From Candidatus Gastranaerophilaceae bacterium (GTDB taxonomy: Bacteria; Cyanobacteriota; Vampirovibrionia; Gastranaerophilales; Gastranaerophilaceae), in the NCBI GenBank assembly GCA_045635965.1, contig JAZTWQ010000004.1:36204-100203 (forward strand): DNA of 64,000 nucleotides, written 5' to 3'. The position numbers were made by a program, and so were the translations under genes. The first letter of the stretch is position 1. Every line of letters starts with the position of its first letter. Below the pieces are notes generated by a model. It saw only the letters and a list, made by a program, of their open reading frames with translations, searched no databases and had not been told where the DNA came from. Below are positions 9,652-19,292 of this stretch, in pieces.

Positions 9652-9993
9652 CTATTTAGTCTTACTTGCTACTACGACTGTTAGGTGGGATGTACGTTTC
9701 ATACGTGAGTACATTCTACCTTGAGCTCTTGGTCTTGCTCTTTTCAATGTGATACTTTCATCAGCATAGATTTCTGACACTTTCAAGCTTGCTGCATTAG
9801 CACCAAATTTTTCAGATGCGTTTGCTACTGCCGCTGTTAAGTTTTTCTCAACAACTCTTGCTGCGAAGTATGGCATGAAGCGTAAAATTCTTACAGCTTC
9901 TTCAACTGATTTACCGCGCACTTCATTGATTACACGTCTCAATTTACGTGCTGGCATTTTTATATTTGTTTGTTTAGCCTTTGCTTCTTGCAT
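9652..9993 (-). CDS. rplV: 50S ribosomal protein L22
   Basis: [20 protein letters not shown]...[22 protein letters not shown]. Confidence 0.95.
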   Translation of the reverse strand: MQEAKAKQTNIKMPARKLRRVINEVRGKSVEEAVRILRFMPYFAARVVEKNLTAAVANASEKFGANAASLKVSEIYADESITLKRARPRAQGRMYSRMKRTSHLTVVVASKTK

Positions 9994-10032
9994 TGTCCTT
10001 TTCCTTATTTTTGAGGTTTCCCTCTAGTAATC

Positions 10033-10314
10033 TTACTTACGTTTTGCTGTTTTATCTTGACCAGCGTGTCCTCTGAATAATCTTGTAGGAGCGAACTCAC
10101 CAAGTTTGTGTCCTACCATTTGTTCAGTTACATATACAGGTACATGGGTTTTACCATTGTGAACAGCTATTGTATGTCCCAACATATCTGGAACTATCAT
10201 AGATGCTCTTGACCATGTTTTTACGACTTTCTTCTCACCAGCCGCATTCATTTTTTCAATTTTGCGTTGGAGTGATTCAAGTACGTATGGACCTTTTTTT
10301 AATGAACGAGCCAT
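10033..10314 (-). CDS. rpsS: 30S ribosomal protein S19
   Basis: [11 protein letters not shown]...[33 protein letters not shown]. Confidence 0.95.
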   Translation of the reverse strand: MARSLKKGPYVLESLQRKIEKMNAAGEKKVVKTWSRASMIVPDMLGHTIAVHNGKTHVPVYVTEQMVGHKLGEFAPTRLFRGHAGQDKTAKRK

Positions 10315-10398
10315 TAATTATCTCCTTTTAGTTTTGTTTTGTCTTTATCAATTTTGTTTTAAGGGGGGGGCATGAAGAGCTATTCATACCCCATAAAA

Positions 10399-11226
10399 CT
10401 ATTTTTTACGTCTTCTAACGATTAATTTGTTAGATTGTTTATTATTCTTACGAGTTTTGTAACCAAGTGCTGGTTTACCCCAAGGTGTTTTTGGATGTCC
10501 ACCTGGACCTGTTTTACCTTCACCACCACCGTGTGGGTGATCGCAAGGGTTCATTGTAACACCTCTTACAGTCGGTTTAATACCTAAATATCTGGTTCTT
10601 CCAGCTTTACCTACCTTCATGTTCTTGAATTCAGCATTGCCCAAAGTTCCGATTGTAGCTAGGCATTCTTTTCTTACCATTCTCATTTCTGAGCTTGGAA
10701 GTTTAATTGTAACGTAGTTACCTTCTTTCGCCATCAATTGAGCTGCACCACCAGCTGTACGAACAATTTGTCCGCCTTTGCCAGGAGTCATTTCAATGTT
10801 GTGAACCATAGTACCAAGAGGAATCAAATCTAAAGGCATTGCGTTACCTGTTTTGATTTCTACATCAGTACCTGCTACTACAACATCACCAACGTTCAAC
10901 CCTTGAGGAGTTAGAATGTATCTTTTTTCACCATCAGCGTAAACTACTAGTGAAATTCTTACGTTTCTGTTTGGATCGTACTCGATAGTTTTTACTGTAC
11001 CTGGTACGCCGAATTTGTTTCTTTTGAAGTCTATTACACGGTATGCTCGTTTAGCACCGCCACCTCTGTGACGACATGTAATTCTTCCTTTATTGTTTCT
11101 TCCGCCATTTCTTCTAAGTGGTTTCAAAAGTGATTTTTCTGGTTTATCTGTTGTGATTTCAGCAAAATCGCTTTTTGACATACCTCTTTGACCTGGAGAA
11201 GTTGGATTTATAACACGGATACCCAT
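10399..11226 (-). CDS. rplB: 50S ribosomal protein L2
   Basis: [20 protein letters not shown] motif, 275 aa. Confidence 0.95.
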   Translation of the reverse strand: MGIRVINPTSPGQRGMSKSDFAEITTDKPEKSLLKPLRRNGGRNNKGRITCRHRGGGAKRAYRVIDFKRNKFGVPGTVKTIEYDPNRNVRISLVVYADGEKRYILTPQGLNVGDVVVAGTDVEIKTGNAMPLDLIPLGTMVHNIEMTPGKGGQIVRTAGGAAQLMAKEGNYVTIKLPSSEMRMVRKECLATIGTLGNAEFKNMKVGKAGRTRYLGIKPTVRGVTMNPCDHPHGGGEGKTGPGGHPKTPWGKPALGYKTRKNNKQSNKLIVRRRKK

Positions 11227-11228
11227 TT

Positions 11229-11540
11229 TTATGCTCCTATCAATTCTTCAATTGGTTCGCCCTCAATCGTAACGATTGCTTTTTTGCTAGATTGAGTTCT
11301 TCCTACGCTGTAACCCATTCTCTTTGCGTGAGATGGCATATAAACCGTTCTAACTTTTGTAACTTTTCTGCCTGCAAATGCTGCTTCAACTGCTTGAGCA
11401 ATTTCGATTTTTGTAGCATTTTTAGCAACTTCAAAAGTATATTGGTTTAATGTTGTTGCGACTTCCATAGACTTCTCAGTGATGATAGGTCTTTTAAGGA
11501 TGTCGAATAATTTTTCCTTGTTAGTTTTTGTCTTGCTCAT
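11229..11540 (-). CDS. rplW: 50S ribosomal protein L23
   Basis: [11 protein letters not shown]...[12 protein letters not shown], at the operon position. Confidence 0.93.
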   Translation of the reverse strand: MSKTKTNKEKLFDILKRPIITEKSMEVATTLNQYTFEVAKNATKIEIAQAVEAAFAGRKVTKVRTVYMPSHAKRMGYSVGRTQSSKKAIVTIEGEPIEELIGA

Positions 11541-12175
11541 TATTTTAACAACCTTTCAGTTATTTCTTTTATTGCAGCTTCAGTGATAACCACATTGTTA
11601 GCTTCCAATAAATCTTTTACATTCAAGTTAGAAGGTAAAATAATTTTTACGCTTGGGATGTTTCTTGCAGCTAATTCTAAGTTTTGATTTTCAGCCGCTC
11701 TAGTATCAGCGATAATAAGAACTTTTCCTTCAAGTTTTAATGATTTCAAAGCTTCAACCATTAATTTAGTTTTTGGAGCTGTGATTTCAGAAAAATCTTT
11801 AACCACAACTGTTTGGTCTAATCTAGCAGAAAGAGCTGAGCGCAAAGCTAGTCTTCTTGCTTTTTGAGGCATTGAGAAGCTGTAATCTCTTGGTTTTGGT
11901 CCGAAGATAACACCACCACCTGCAAATAAAGGTGATCTCAATGAACCTGCTCTTGCGCGGCCAGTACCTTTTTGTTTCCAAGGTTTTTTACCGCCACCAG
12001 ACACTTCTGCTCTTGTTTTAGCGCAAGCAGTACCTTGTCTGCCGTTGTTCAATTGTCTTCTTAAAGCTAAGTGCATAACGTGAATGTTTGGTTCAACGCC
12101 AAAAACATTTTCGTCAAGGGCGATTTGACCTAAACTTTTTCCGTTTGTACTTAGTAATGATATTTCTTTTGACAT
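11540..12175 (-). CDS. rplD: 50S ribosomal protein L4
   Basis: KPWKQKGTGRARAGS motif. ATG at 12175 is preferred because AGGAA lies 7 nt upstream. Confidence 0.93.
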   Translation of the reverse strand: MSKEISLLSTNGKSLGQIALDENVFGVEPNIHVMHLALRRQLNNGRQGTACAKTRAEVSGGGKKPWKQKGTGRARAGSLRSPLFAGGGVIFGPKPRDYSFSMPQKARRLALRSALSARLDQTVVVKDFSEITAPKTKLMVEALKSLKLEGKVLIIADTRAAENQNLELAARNIPSVKIILPSNLNVKDLLEANNVVITEAAIKEITERLLK

Positions 12176-12199
12176 TTTCTGTTTCCTCAATATTTCTTA

Positions 12200-12853
12200 C
12201 TAAGAGTTCCATTTAACTCTTGACGGTTTTACTGTTACCATTCTGCCTTCGCATCCTGGTACTGCACCTTTTACTAACAACAAGTTGTTTTCAGTATCAA
12301 CTTTAACAACTTTTAATTTTGTGATTGTAACTCTTTCGTTGCCCATGTTACCAGCCATTCTTTTGCCTTTGATAACACGACCCGGAGTTGTACCTGCACC
12401 GATTGAACCTGGAGCTCTGTGGTTTTTAGAACCGTGTGCCATAGGTCCTCTTGAGAAGTTCCATCTCTTAACGGTACCTTGGAAACCTTTACCGATTGAT
12501 TTTCCTGTAACATCTACTTTTTCAATGTTTTCAAGAACTGACAAATCGATTGATTGTCCAACTTGATAATCAGCTGCGTTGTCAAGTCTAAATTCTTGCA
12601 ACAATCTGAAGTTATCTAATTTGTTTTTTTGAAGGTGTCCGATTTGTGCTTTTGTAAGGTGTTTTTCTTTAGCAGCACCAACACCAACTTGAATCGCATT
12701 ATAACCATCTGTTTCAACAGTTTTAACCTGAGTTACAGTCAAAGGGTCAACTTTGATAACTGTTACAGGGATTGCGAGTCCTTGTTCGTCAAAAACTTGA
12801 GTCATGCCAAGTTTTTTTCCGATTACACCTAGTCTTGAATCTCTTTTGGTCAC
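12200..12853 (-). CDS. rplC: 50S ribosomal protein L3
   Basis: GVIGKKLGMTQVFDEQG...GKGFQGTVKRWNF. Confidence 0.95.
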   Translation of the reverse strand: MTKRDSRLGVIGKKLGMTQVFDEQGLAIPVTVIKVDPLTVTQVKTVETDGYNAIQVGVGAAKEKHLTKAQIGHLQKNKLDNFRLLQEFRLDNAADYQVGQSIDLSVLENIEKVDVTGKSIGKGFQGTVKRWNFSRGPMAHGSKNHRAPGSIGAGTTPGRVIKGKRMAGNMGNERVTITKLKVVKVDTENNLLLVKGAVPGCEGRMVTVKPSRVKWNS

Positions 12854-13058
12854 TTTTCTACCTTTCTTCTTGTGAGCGCTACGTCCGCCTCATCTTCGAT
12901 TTCTCTTAGAATTGGCTCTTATCTCGTGGGGTACCTTCGCTGCGTCGGACTTAGGTTCTCAAACCGCCGCCTCTTTTATCGCAGCCCCCTCGTAGATCAC
13001 ATTAATATTCAATTTTCATGGTATATTAATGTTTTTCCGGCATCGCCGGAGAGTGTGA
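12854..13058 (-). promoter_or_regulatory. unusually long (205 nt), visibly GC-enriched, hairpin-rich spacer between rpsJ and rplC (candidate structured leader RNA)
   Basis: Hairpins read directly from the sequence: CCGGC-GAU-GCCGG (13037-13049), CATTAATAT/ATATTAATG 9-bp stem (about 12998-13029), and GGGG..CTGCG/CGCAG..CCCC (12927-12988). Confidence 0.35.
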
Positions 13059-13373
13059 TTATAACTTAACTTCGATGTCAACGCCTGCTGGCAAATCCAT
13101 TCTGCTAAGTTCTTCTGTTGTTTGTTGTGTCGGATCATAGATGTCGATGATTCTCTTGTGTATTCTCATCTCGAAATGTTCTCTCGACTTTTTGTCAACG
13201 TGTGGTGAGCGAAGTACGCAATATACACGTCTTTTAGTTGGCAAAGGAATAGGTCCAGCTACTTTTGCATCAGTTCTTTTCGCAGTTTCTACGATTTTTT
13301 CAGCTGATACATCGATTAGCTTATGATCATATGCCTTTAAGCAAACTCTGATTCTTTGTCTTGTTGTACTCAT
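13059..13373 (-). CDS. rpsJ: 30S ribosomal protein S10
   Basis: [28 protein letters not shown]. Confidence 0.95.
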   Translation of the reverse strand: MSTTRQRIRVCLKAYDHKLIDVSAEKIVETAKRTDAKVAGPIPLPTKRRVYCVLRSPHVDKKSREHFEMRIHKRIIDIYDPTQQTTEELSRMDLPAGVDIEVKL

Positions 13374-13561
13374 TTCAGTTCTTACCTTTTGTTTACTTAG
13401 TAACTTTACTTTGCGGAGCTACGTGAGGCAATATCCTTAATTCCATTTTCAACGAACTGGCTTTTCGCCTCTCTAGCTTGACTTATTTAGTTTTGGCTCG
13501 ACCTTATTTGTTTCGGTCACCAGCCCCAACTTCTTAGCCCATTCCCGCTAGTGTATAGTTA

Positions 13562-13590
13562 AATGTATAATAAACATAATTCCACGTCAA
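13562..13590 (-). promoter_or_regulatory. putative promoter of the S10 cluster
   Basis: Minus strand reads TTGACG, 17-nt spacer, TACATT. This would give a 5' UTR of about 180 nt. Confidence 0.3.
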
Positions 13591-13819
13591 TTGCTAACTT
13601 CAAAAATTTATTAAAATTGTAATAATTTCTTAATAAATTCTTGAAAAGTTTTACAAAAATTAATAATATTTTTAAAATATACAACAAATTGTTGTGTAAA
13701 AATAGTAAAGGTAGTCTAAACTCTATCCTACGTTCTATTCGCAGATTTTACTAGGGTTTAAGGCAACTTTAACCCCACGCTTACATTTTGTTACACAATT
13801 CCAATTTTAAAGCAAAAAA

Positions 13820-14296
13820 CTAACTATTATAATAATAAACACCTTCGTATAAAAAATCCGCAGAACCAGTAATATAAATTAAATTAGATACATCATTAAC
13901 TAAAAATTGTTGAGACTCAATAGGTTTTCCCATGTTCACTGTAACAGTACTATCATCATTAACTTTTACTCCAAAAACGCCATTCAATGTTTCAATGGAA
14001 AACTCTAACTTATCAACATAACCTTTATGCCAAGCATATTTTGCAAAACATCTCAAATCATCCCCACAAACTTGAGCGGGCTGTCCTTGTGCATTAAAAC
14101 AAATCATTGATAAATCAGCTTTATCCGAGACTGGATCAACAATAATTAAGCCATCAGCACCGATACCAAATTTTCTTCGACTCATATTTTGTGCCAGTTC
14201 AGCTGGTTTTATACCTAATTCTCGATATTCTTCCCAATCCAAAATTACAAAGTCTTTGCCTAAACCTTGCATTTTTGTAAAAAATATCTTAGTCAT
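13820..14296 (-). CDS. DapF-like protein consisting of one epimerase domain only (158 aa)
   Basis: Aligns by eye to the DapF N-domain (KMQGLGKDFVILD, FGIGADGLIIV, FNAQGQPAQVCGDDLRCF, VTVNMGKPI). It then jumps to a DapF-like C-terminal strand (LIYITGSADFLYEGV). The second domain is absent. Confidence 0.6.
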   Translation of the reverse strand: MTKIFFTKMQGLGKDFVILDWEEYRELGIKPAELAQNMSRRKFGIGADGLIIVDPVSDKADLSMICFNAQGQPAQVCGDDLRCFAKYAWHKGYVDKLEFSIETLNGVFGVKVNDDSTVTVNMGKPIESQQFLVNDVSNLIYITGSADFLYEGVYYYNS

Positions 14297-14309
14297 CTTA
14301 AAAATTCTC

Positions 14310-15632
14310 TTATGCTATATCTTCGCGAGTTTCAACATCTACCGCTTCAAGTTTCTTTTGTGGAAGCTGAATTAACTCTGCTTTATTTTCGTTCTTTTTA
14401 ACAATATCCAAAGTTACCACAAACTCTTTAATTTCAGGCTTGCTTGGGACTTCATACATAATATCAAGCATAGTTTCTTCAACAATTGAACGCAATGCAC
14501 GAGCACCTGTTTTACGTTTAATAGCTTCTTGTGCAATATAATCAATAGCATCAGGCTCAAATTTTAAATCAACGCCATCCATCTTTAATAGACACTGATA
14601 TTGTTTAATAATAGCATTCTTTGGTTCTGTTAAAATCATTTTCAAAGTAGCTTCATCCAACGCATCCAACACTGCATAAATTGGAATACGACCGATAAAC
14701 TCCGGAATCAAACCGAATTTGAGCAAGTCTTCAGGTTGCAATTTTTTAAGCATTTTAGCTGCTTCAATTTCTTTTTCCGCAACAGTCGCAGGTCCTTTAG
14801 CACCAAAACCAACAGATGAACCTTGACCAGCACGTCTTTCAACAATTTTATCCAAACCGACAAACGCACCGCCCACGATGAACAAGATGTTTTTAGTATC
14901 AATTTGGATAAACTCTTGATGCGGATGTTTTCTTCCGCCTTGTGGAGGAACGTTTGCAACAGTTCCTTCTATCATTTTTAACAAAGCTTGTTGCACACCC
15001 TCACCAGAAACATCTCTTGTAATCGATGTATTTTCTGATTTACGAGCGATTTTATCAATCTCATCGACGTAGATAATACCACGTTCAGCCTTTTGAGCAT
15101 CGAAATCAGCACTTTGATATAATCTCAAAAGAATATTTTCAACGTCATCACCTACATAACCAGCCTCTGTCAATGTTGTAGCATCAGCAACAGCAAAAGG
15201 AACATCCAACATTTTTGCCAAAGTTTGAGCCAACAAAGTTTTACCTGAACCAGTTGGACCAACTAACAAAATATTACTTTTTTGGATTTCAATACCGTTC
15301 GCATCCTCAGACTTATTATGAGCGATACGTTTATAATGGTTATAAACGGCAACTGACAAAACTCGTTTCGCATCGTCTTGCCCAACAATGTGCTCATCAA
15401 GATACGCTTTTATCTCTTGTGGTTTTGGAATAGCTTTGATATCATCACCTTCGTCTTTTTTATCTTCAGACTTATCTTTGTGCTCAAAAAATTCTTCATC
15501 AAGAATTTCATTACACAATTCAACGCATTCATCACAAATATACACCTCAGGTCCAGCGATTAATTTCTTAACCTGATCCTGTGTTTTACCACAAAATGAA
15601 CATTTCAAACGACTTTCGTCAATATTTGCCAT
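14310..15632 (-). CDS. clpX: ATP-dependent Clp protease ATP-binding subunit ClpX
   Basis: N-terminal zinc ribbon CSFCGK...CDEC, Walker A GPTGSGKT, 440 aa. Confidence 0.95.
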   Translation of the reverse strand: MANIDESRLKCSFCGKTQDQVKKLIAGPEVYICDECVELCNEILDEEFFEHKDKSEDKKDEGDDIKAIPKPQEIKAYLDEHIVGQDDAKRVLSVAVYNHYKRIAHNKSEDANGIEIQKSNILLVGPTGSGKTLLAQTLAKMLDVPFAVADATTLTEAGYVGDDVENILLRLYQSADFDAQKAERGIIYVDEIDKIARKSENTSITRDVSGEGVQQALLKMIEGTVANVPPQGGRKHPHQEFIQIDTKNILFIVGGAFVGLDKIVERRAGQGSSVGFGAKGPATVAEKEIEAAKMLKKLQPEDLLKFGLIPEFIGRIPIYAVLDALDEATLKMILTEPKNAIIKQYQCLLKMDGVDLKFEPDAIDYIAQEAIKRKTGARALRSIVEETMLDIMYEVPSKPEIKEFVVTLDIVKKNENKAELIQLPQKKLEAVDVETREDIA

Positions 15633-15647
15633 ATTATCTCCTGCTAA

Positions 15648-16232
15648 TTATGAATTATGAGAAACAACTTTATCAATCATACCATAAGCTAAAGCTTCTT
15701 CCGGAGTCATGATATAGTCTCTGTCTGTATCTTTTTCAATCTTTTTCAAAGACTGACCTGTGTTTTTAGCTAAAATTTCGTTTAATGTTTTCTTAATACG
15801 AATAATTTCAGCTGCTTGGATTTCGATATCAGTAGCTTGACCTTGAGCACCACCTAATGGCTGGTGAATCAACACTCTAGAGTGCGGTAACGCCAATCTT
15901 TTACCAGGAGTACCAGCTGCCAACAAGAACGCGCCCATAGAAGCTGCTTGACCTAAACAAATTGTAGATACATCAGCTCTTATATGTTGCATTGTATCAT
16001 AAATCGCCAAACCTGCTGTCACAGACCCGCCAGGGCTATTGATATACAACATAATATCTTTTTCTGGATTTTCACTATCCAAAAGCAACAATTGTGCAAC
16101 TATCAAGTTTGCAACCATATCATCAACAGGCGTTCCCAAGAAAATAATTCTTTCTCTTAATAATCTTGAGAAAATGTCGAACGAACGTTCACCGCGTGAT
16201 GATTGCTCTACTACTACTGGTACAAAACTCAT
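15648..16232 (-). CDS. clpP: ATP-dependent Clp protease proteolytic subunit
   Basis: [11 protein letters not shown]...[14 protein letters not shown]...IHQPLGG. Confidence 0.95.
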   Translation of the reverse strand: MSFVPVVVEQSSRGERSFDIFSRLLRERIIFLGTPVDDMVANLIVAQLLLLDSENPEKDIMLYINSPGGSVTAGLAIYDTMQHIRADVSTICLGQAASMGAFLLAAGTPGKRLALPHSRVLIHQPLGGAQGQATDIEIQAAEIIRIKKTLNEILAKNTGQSLKKIEKDTDRDYIMTPEEALAYGMIDKVVSHNS

Positions 16233-16263
16233 ATCGTGTCCTTTCTATAAATATTATAAACTA

Positions 16264-17562
16264 TTATTTTTTATATTCTACTTTGTTGTTATCTAGAATA
16301 AACTGACTAACTTTTTCATTAATGATTTGCTGACTTAATGACCTTATTAGATTAACATTTTTATACATTTCTTTCAACATTGATTCATTATTTACACCAT
16401 ACATTCTAGAAACTTCTTCTAATTTGCGTTGTAAATCAACCGGATGAACCATAATTTTTTCATCTTTTGCAATTTTTGCAACGATTAAAGAATTTTTAAT
16501 TCTAGATTGAGCTTCTGTTTCCATTTCTTTTCTAACTTTTTCTCTACCTTCTTTTTCAATAGATGCCTCAAAATCTTGTCCATATTGAGAAGCTCTCATT
16601 TTCATCTCTTGCATCATTGCATCAGCCTCACGTTCAACCATTGCATCATGCACATCCATTTGAGCACCATCTAAAATCTTATTGAATATAGCCTCATAAG
16701 AACGTTTTTCATTTTCAGCTTTAGCTGTTCCGTCTAAATATTTTTGAATATCAGCTTTTAGTTCTTCTAATGTTTTAAAATCACCAATTTTTTTAGCTAA
16801 ATCATCATTAATTTCAGGTAATTTTTTCTCTTTAATTTCATGAATTGTAATTTTAAATTCAGCGTCTGCGCCTTTCAATTTTTCATCATGATATTCTTCC
16901 GGGAATTTAACTTGGATTGTAAATTCTTTTTCCAATTCTTTATCAACCAACTGTTCCGCAAAACCAGGAATGAAGTTTGAATGAGCCAAGTCTAACATGT
17001 AGTTTTTAGCCGCTCCACCCTGAATCAACTCTCCATTAGCAGAACCTTCAAAATCTATCATCACAATATCAGTTGCAACTGTTTTTCTATCCTCTTCAAC
17101 TTTAACCATTTCGGCATATCTTTCTGCCAATCTGGAAAGTTCTTTATCCATTGCATCAGTTTCTGTCACAAATTCTTCACACTCTACAGTCAAGCCTTTA
17201 TAAGCTTCAAGTTTAACTTCTGGACGAAGTTCAAACTGAACTTTTACAGTACAAGGTTTACCTGTTTCCAAAGTATAAGAAGTCAATGTTGGCTCAGAAA
17301 TAAGCTCATAATCTTTTTCTCTGATAACATCAGTAAATACTTTTGGCAACATTGCATCCAAGGTTTCTCTTTTAATAGCTTCTACGCCAACATGTCTTTC
17401 TAAGATATTACGAGGCGCTTTTCCTTTTCTAAACCCAGCTATATTAACGTTTTGCGCAATACGTCTGCAAGCTTTTTCGTATTCTTTATCTGATACTTTT
17501 GATTCAATCTCAATTTCAACTTCTACAATGTTTTTACCAATTTCTTTTACTTCAGTTTTCAT
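16264..17562 (-). CDS. tig: trigger factor
   Basis: 432 aa. GFRKGKAPRNILE motif. Classic tig-clpP-clpX order. Confidence 0.92.
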   Translation of the reverse strand: MKTEVKEIGKNIVEVEIEIESKVSDKEYEKACRRIAQNVNIAGFRKGKAPRNILERHVGVEAIKRETLDAMLPKVFTDVIREKDYELISEPTLTSYTLETGKPCTVKVQFELRPEVKLEAYKGLTVECEEFVTETDAMDKELSRLAERYAEMVKVEEDRKTVATDIVMIDFEGSANGELIQGGAAKNYMLDLAHSNFIPGFAEQLVDKELEKEFTIQVKFPEEYHDEKLKGADAEFKITIHEIKEKKLPEINDDLAKKIGDFKTLEELKADIQKYLDGTAKAENEKRSYEAIFNKILDGAQMDVHDAMVEREADAMMQEMKMRASQYGQDFEASIEKEGREKVRKEMETEAQSRIKNSLIVAKIAKDEKIMVHPVDLQRKLEEVSRMYGVNNESMLKEMYKNVNLIRSLSQQIINEKVSQFILDNNKVEYKK

Positions 17563-17821
17563 ACAAAAATCCTTTATTATAATAATTCGCTTAGCTTAAT
17601 TATATAATAAATATAAAACAAGTCCAGCCCTACAAGCTTACTATTGTTTTTATTCTTTGTCAAAATCGACATATTATATATGCTTAATTGAATTATGCTC
17701 CCTTTGCTTTTCTTTATTATTTTTAATGCACTTTATTTCAATAGCCAAACCAACACTTACAAACCCACTTAATAGCCCTACCAACTTATAATTTTTTCAA
17801 TAAACTCCCTTTTCATAGATA

Positions 17822-18523
17822 CTAATTTTTTCTACACGCTAGTAAAACTATATTATTAGGACGAACCTCATTTACATCTGGTTTATAAACAGAAGAATGA
17901 GCAGACGCTCTAAAAATAAGACTCATAAAGTCCCCACTACCGCCCCCACCAAGCCAACTGTTTGAAATAGTGCTATCTGAAAAAACACCTGTACGAGTCC
18001 TTGATCTGGTATTAAAAAGTCCCGCACGGCCTTCTAAATCAGGAACCGCAGACTCTTGATACGAGCCCAATGCTCGTCCGGAACCAGATTGGTTTCTGAT
18101 AAACGCATTTGCGGCGTTTGGATATTTTGAAGTTAACTCCGCCCAACCAGCAGGACAAGAACCTAAGTCAAAATACATAACCGCGCCAGAAGGGATATTT
18201 GTTTGTGTTCTTCTAAGTTCTTCTATTCTGCTATTCAACACTTGAACTTGCATATCATTCATACTATTATGTTTGATTTGACCAGCTATCATTGGCGCAG
18301 AATAACCCAAGATAAGACTACCAATCAACAATGCAATCATAGCTTCTGCTACGGAAAAAGCTCTCGTTTGGGTTAAACCAAGCCCTTGCGATACGAGGCT
18401 TTGCGGTGCTGAATTTTGTAGCATTAGACTTTGCGGTGCATCAGAACGACGCACTCTACCGTTCCCTAGCTTTTGCGATGCAAAAATTTGTATTCTTCTT
18501 TCTTTTATTGATTCTGATTTCAT
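17822..18523 (-). CDS. pilin-like protein, subfamily A (prepilin-type signal plus phage-tail-collar-like C-terminal domain)
   Basis: RA|FSVAEAMIALLIGSLILGYSAPMI (F-x-x-x-E plus hydrophobic helix). C-terminal part has GAVMYF..CPAGW, VPDLEGR, and ends NEVRPNNIVLLACRKN. Confidence 0.7.
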   Translation of the reverse strand: MKSESIKERRIQIFASQKLGNGRVRRSDAPQSLMLQNSAPQSLVSQGLGLTQTRAFSVAEAMIALLIGSLILGYSAPMIAGQIKHNSMNDMQVQVLNSRIEELRRTQTNIPSGAVMYFDLGSCPAGWAELTSKYPNAANAFIRNQSGSGRALGSYQESAVPDLEGRAGLFNTRSRTRTGVFSDSTISNSWLGGGGSGDFMSLIFRASAHSSVYKPDVNEVRPNNIVLLACRKN

Positions 18524-18588
18524 TTTTAGTCCTTTCTATTTTAATTTTAATGGTGATAATTTTTTATATTCACTTTGTTTTATTAGGT

Positions 18589-19109
18589 TTAACATTGCGC
18601 ACTAGACCTTACGACGTTAGACGTTGTAGCGATAAGCCTTTGTGTCGCTAGACCTTGTGGTGCGTATAAACGCCCCCTACCTGCCCTACCATTTGCGCAA
18701 AACGCTCTATCTTCACCATAATTAGGCGTCATGCCGAATTTTACCGATATCGTAGGCGAGAGCGTAACTCGAGCCATACGAGACAGGTATGCAGCCAGCT
18801 GGCTTTTAGCGTAAGCGTCAAAAGCTGCGTGCGTGCTATTTCGGCATCTGACCAATAAACAACGTAAGCTAGAAAGCAATTTATTGAATATTTTTCTATT
18901 AAAAAACATGCTAAAACATTCACTACATCCGTTTTCTGGATAGATGCCGAAACCAGTTCGGCATGACGGCTGATTTTTAACTTTTTTACCAGATTTTATT
19001 TTTAATTTTTTATCACGAACACTTATTTTTTGACCTACAGATGATCTCAGTGGGCTGTCAATCCCCCCCCCCCTAGTGTTATGCGGGTTTTAGCCGTTTT
19101 GTTTTTCAT
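18589..19109 (-). pseudogene. leader ORF of the pilin-like family, out of frame at a G11 tract (phase-OFF state or frameshifted)
   Basis: ATG at 19109 after AAGGA. MKNKTAKTRITL plus G11 runs into TGA. With G12 it would read through to the listed ORF 18589..18909. Confidence 0.55.
19063..19073 (-). repeat. coding-strand poly-G tract, 11 nt
   Basis: Counted directly: C11 on the plus strand. Confidence 0.95.
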
Positions 19110-19292
19110 AAATCCTTCGCCAATTTCTTGTCAACTTAATAAAATAGACTTACTTTTTACATTTAATTCATAGAAAATTATACTAAATTTCACCACATTA
19201 ATCAAGACTCAACTACTCAACAAATCCATGTATTAACACCTCTTGACAAATATGCTATAATAGTAGTAGATGGTCGAAACGAAAGGAGAACT

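Noticed and set aside
13681-13695. Perfect 7-bp inverted repeat ACAACAA-A-TTGTTGT upstream of the S10 cluster as an operator
   Set aside because: It is a single short palindrome in an AT-rich spacer about 95 nt upstream of the putative promoter, which is expected by chance, and there is no second copy in the window.
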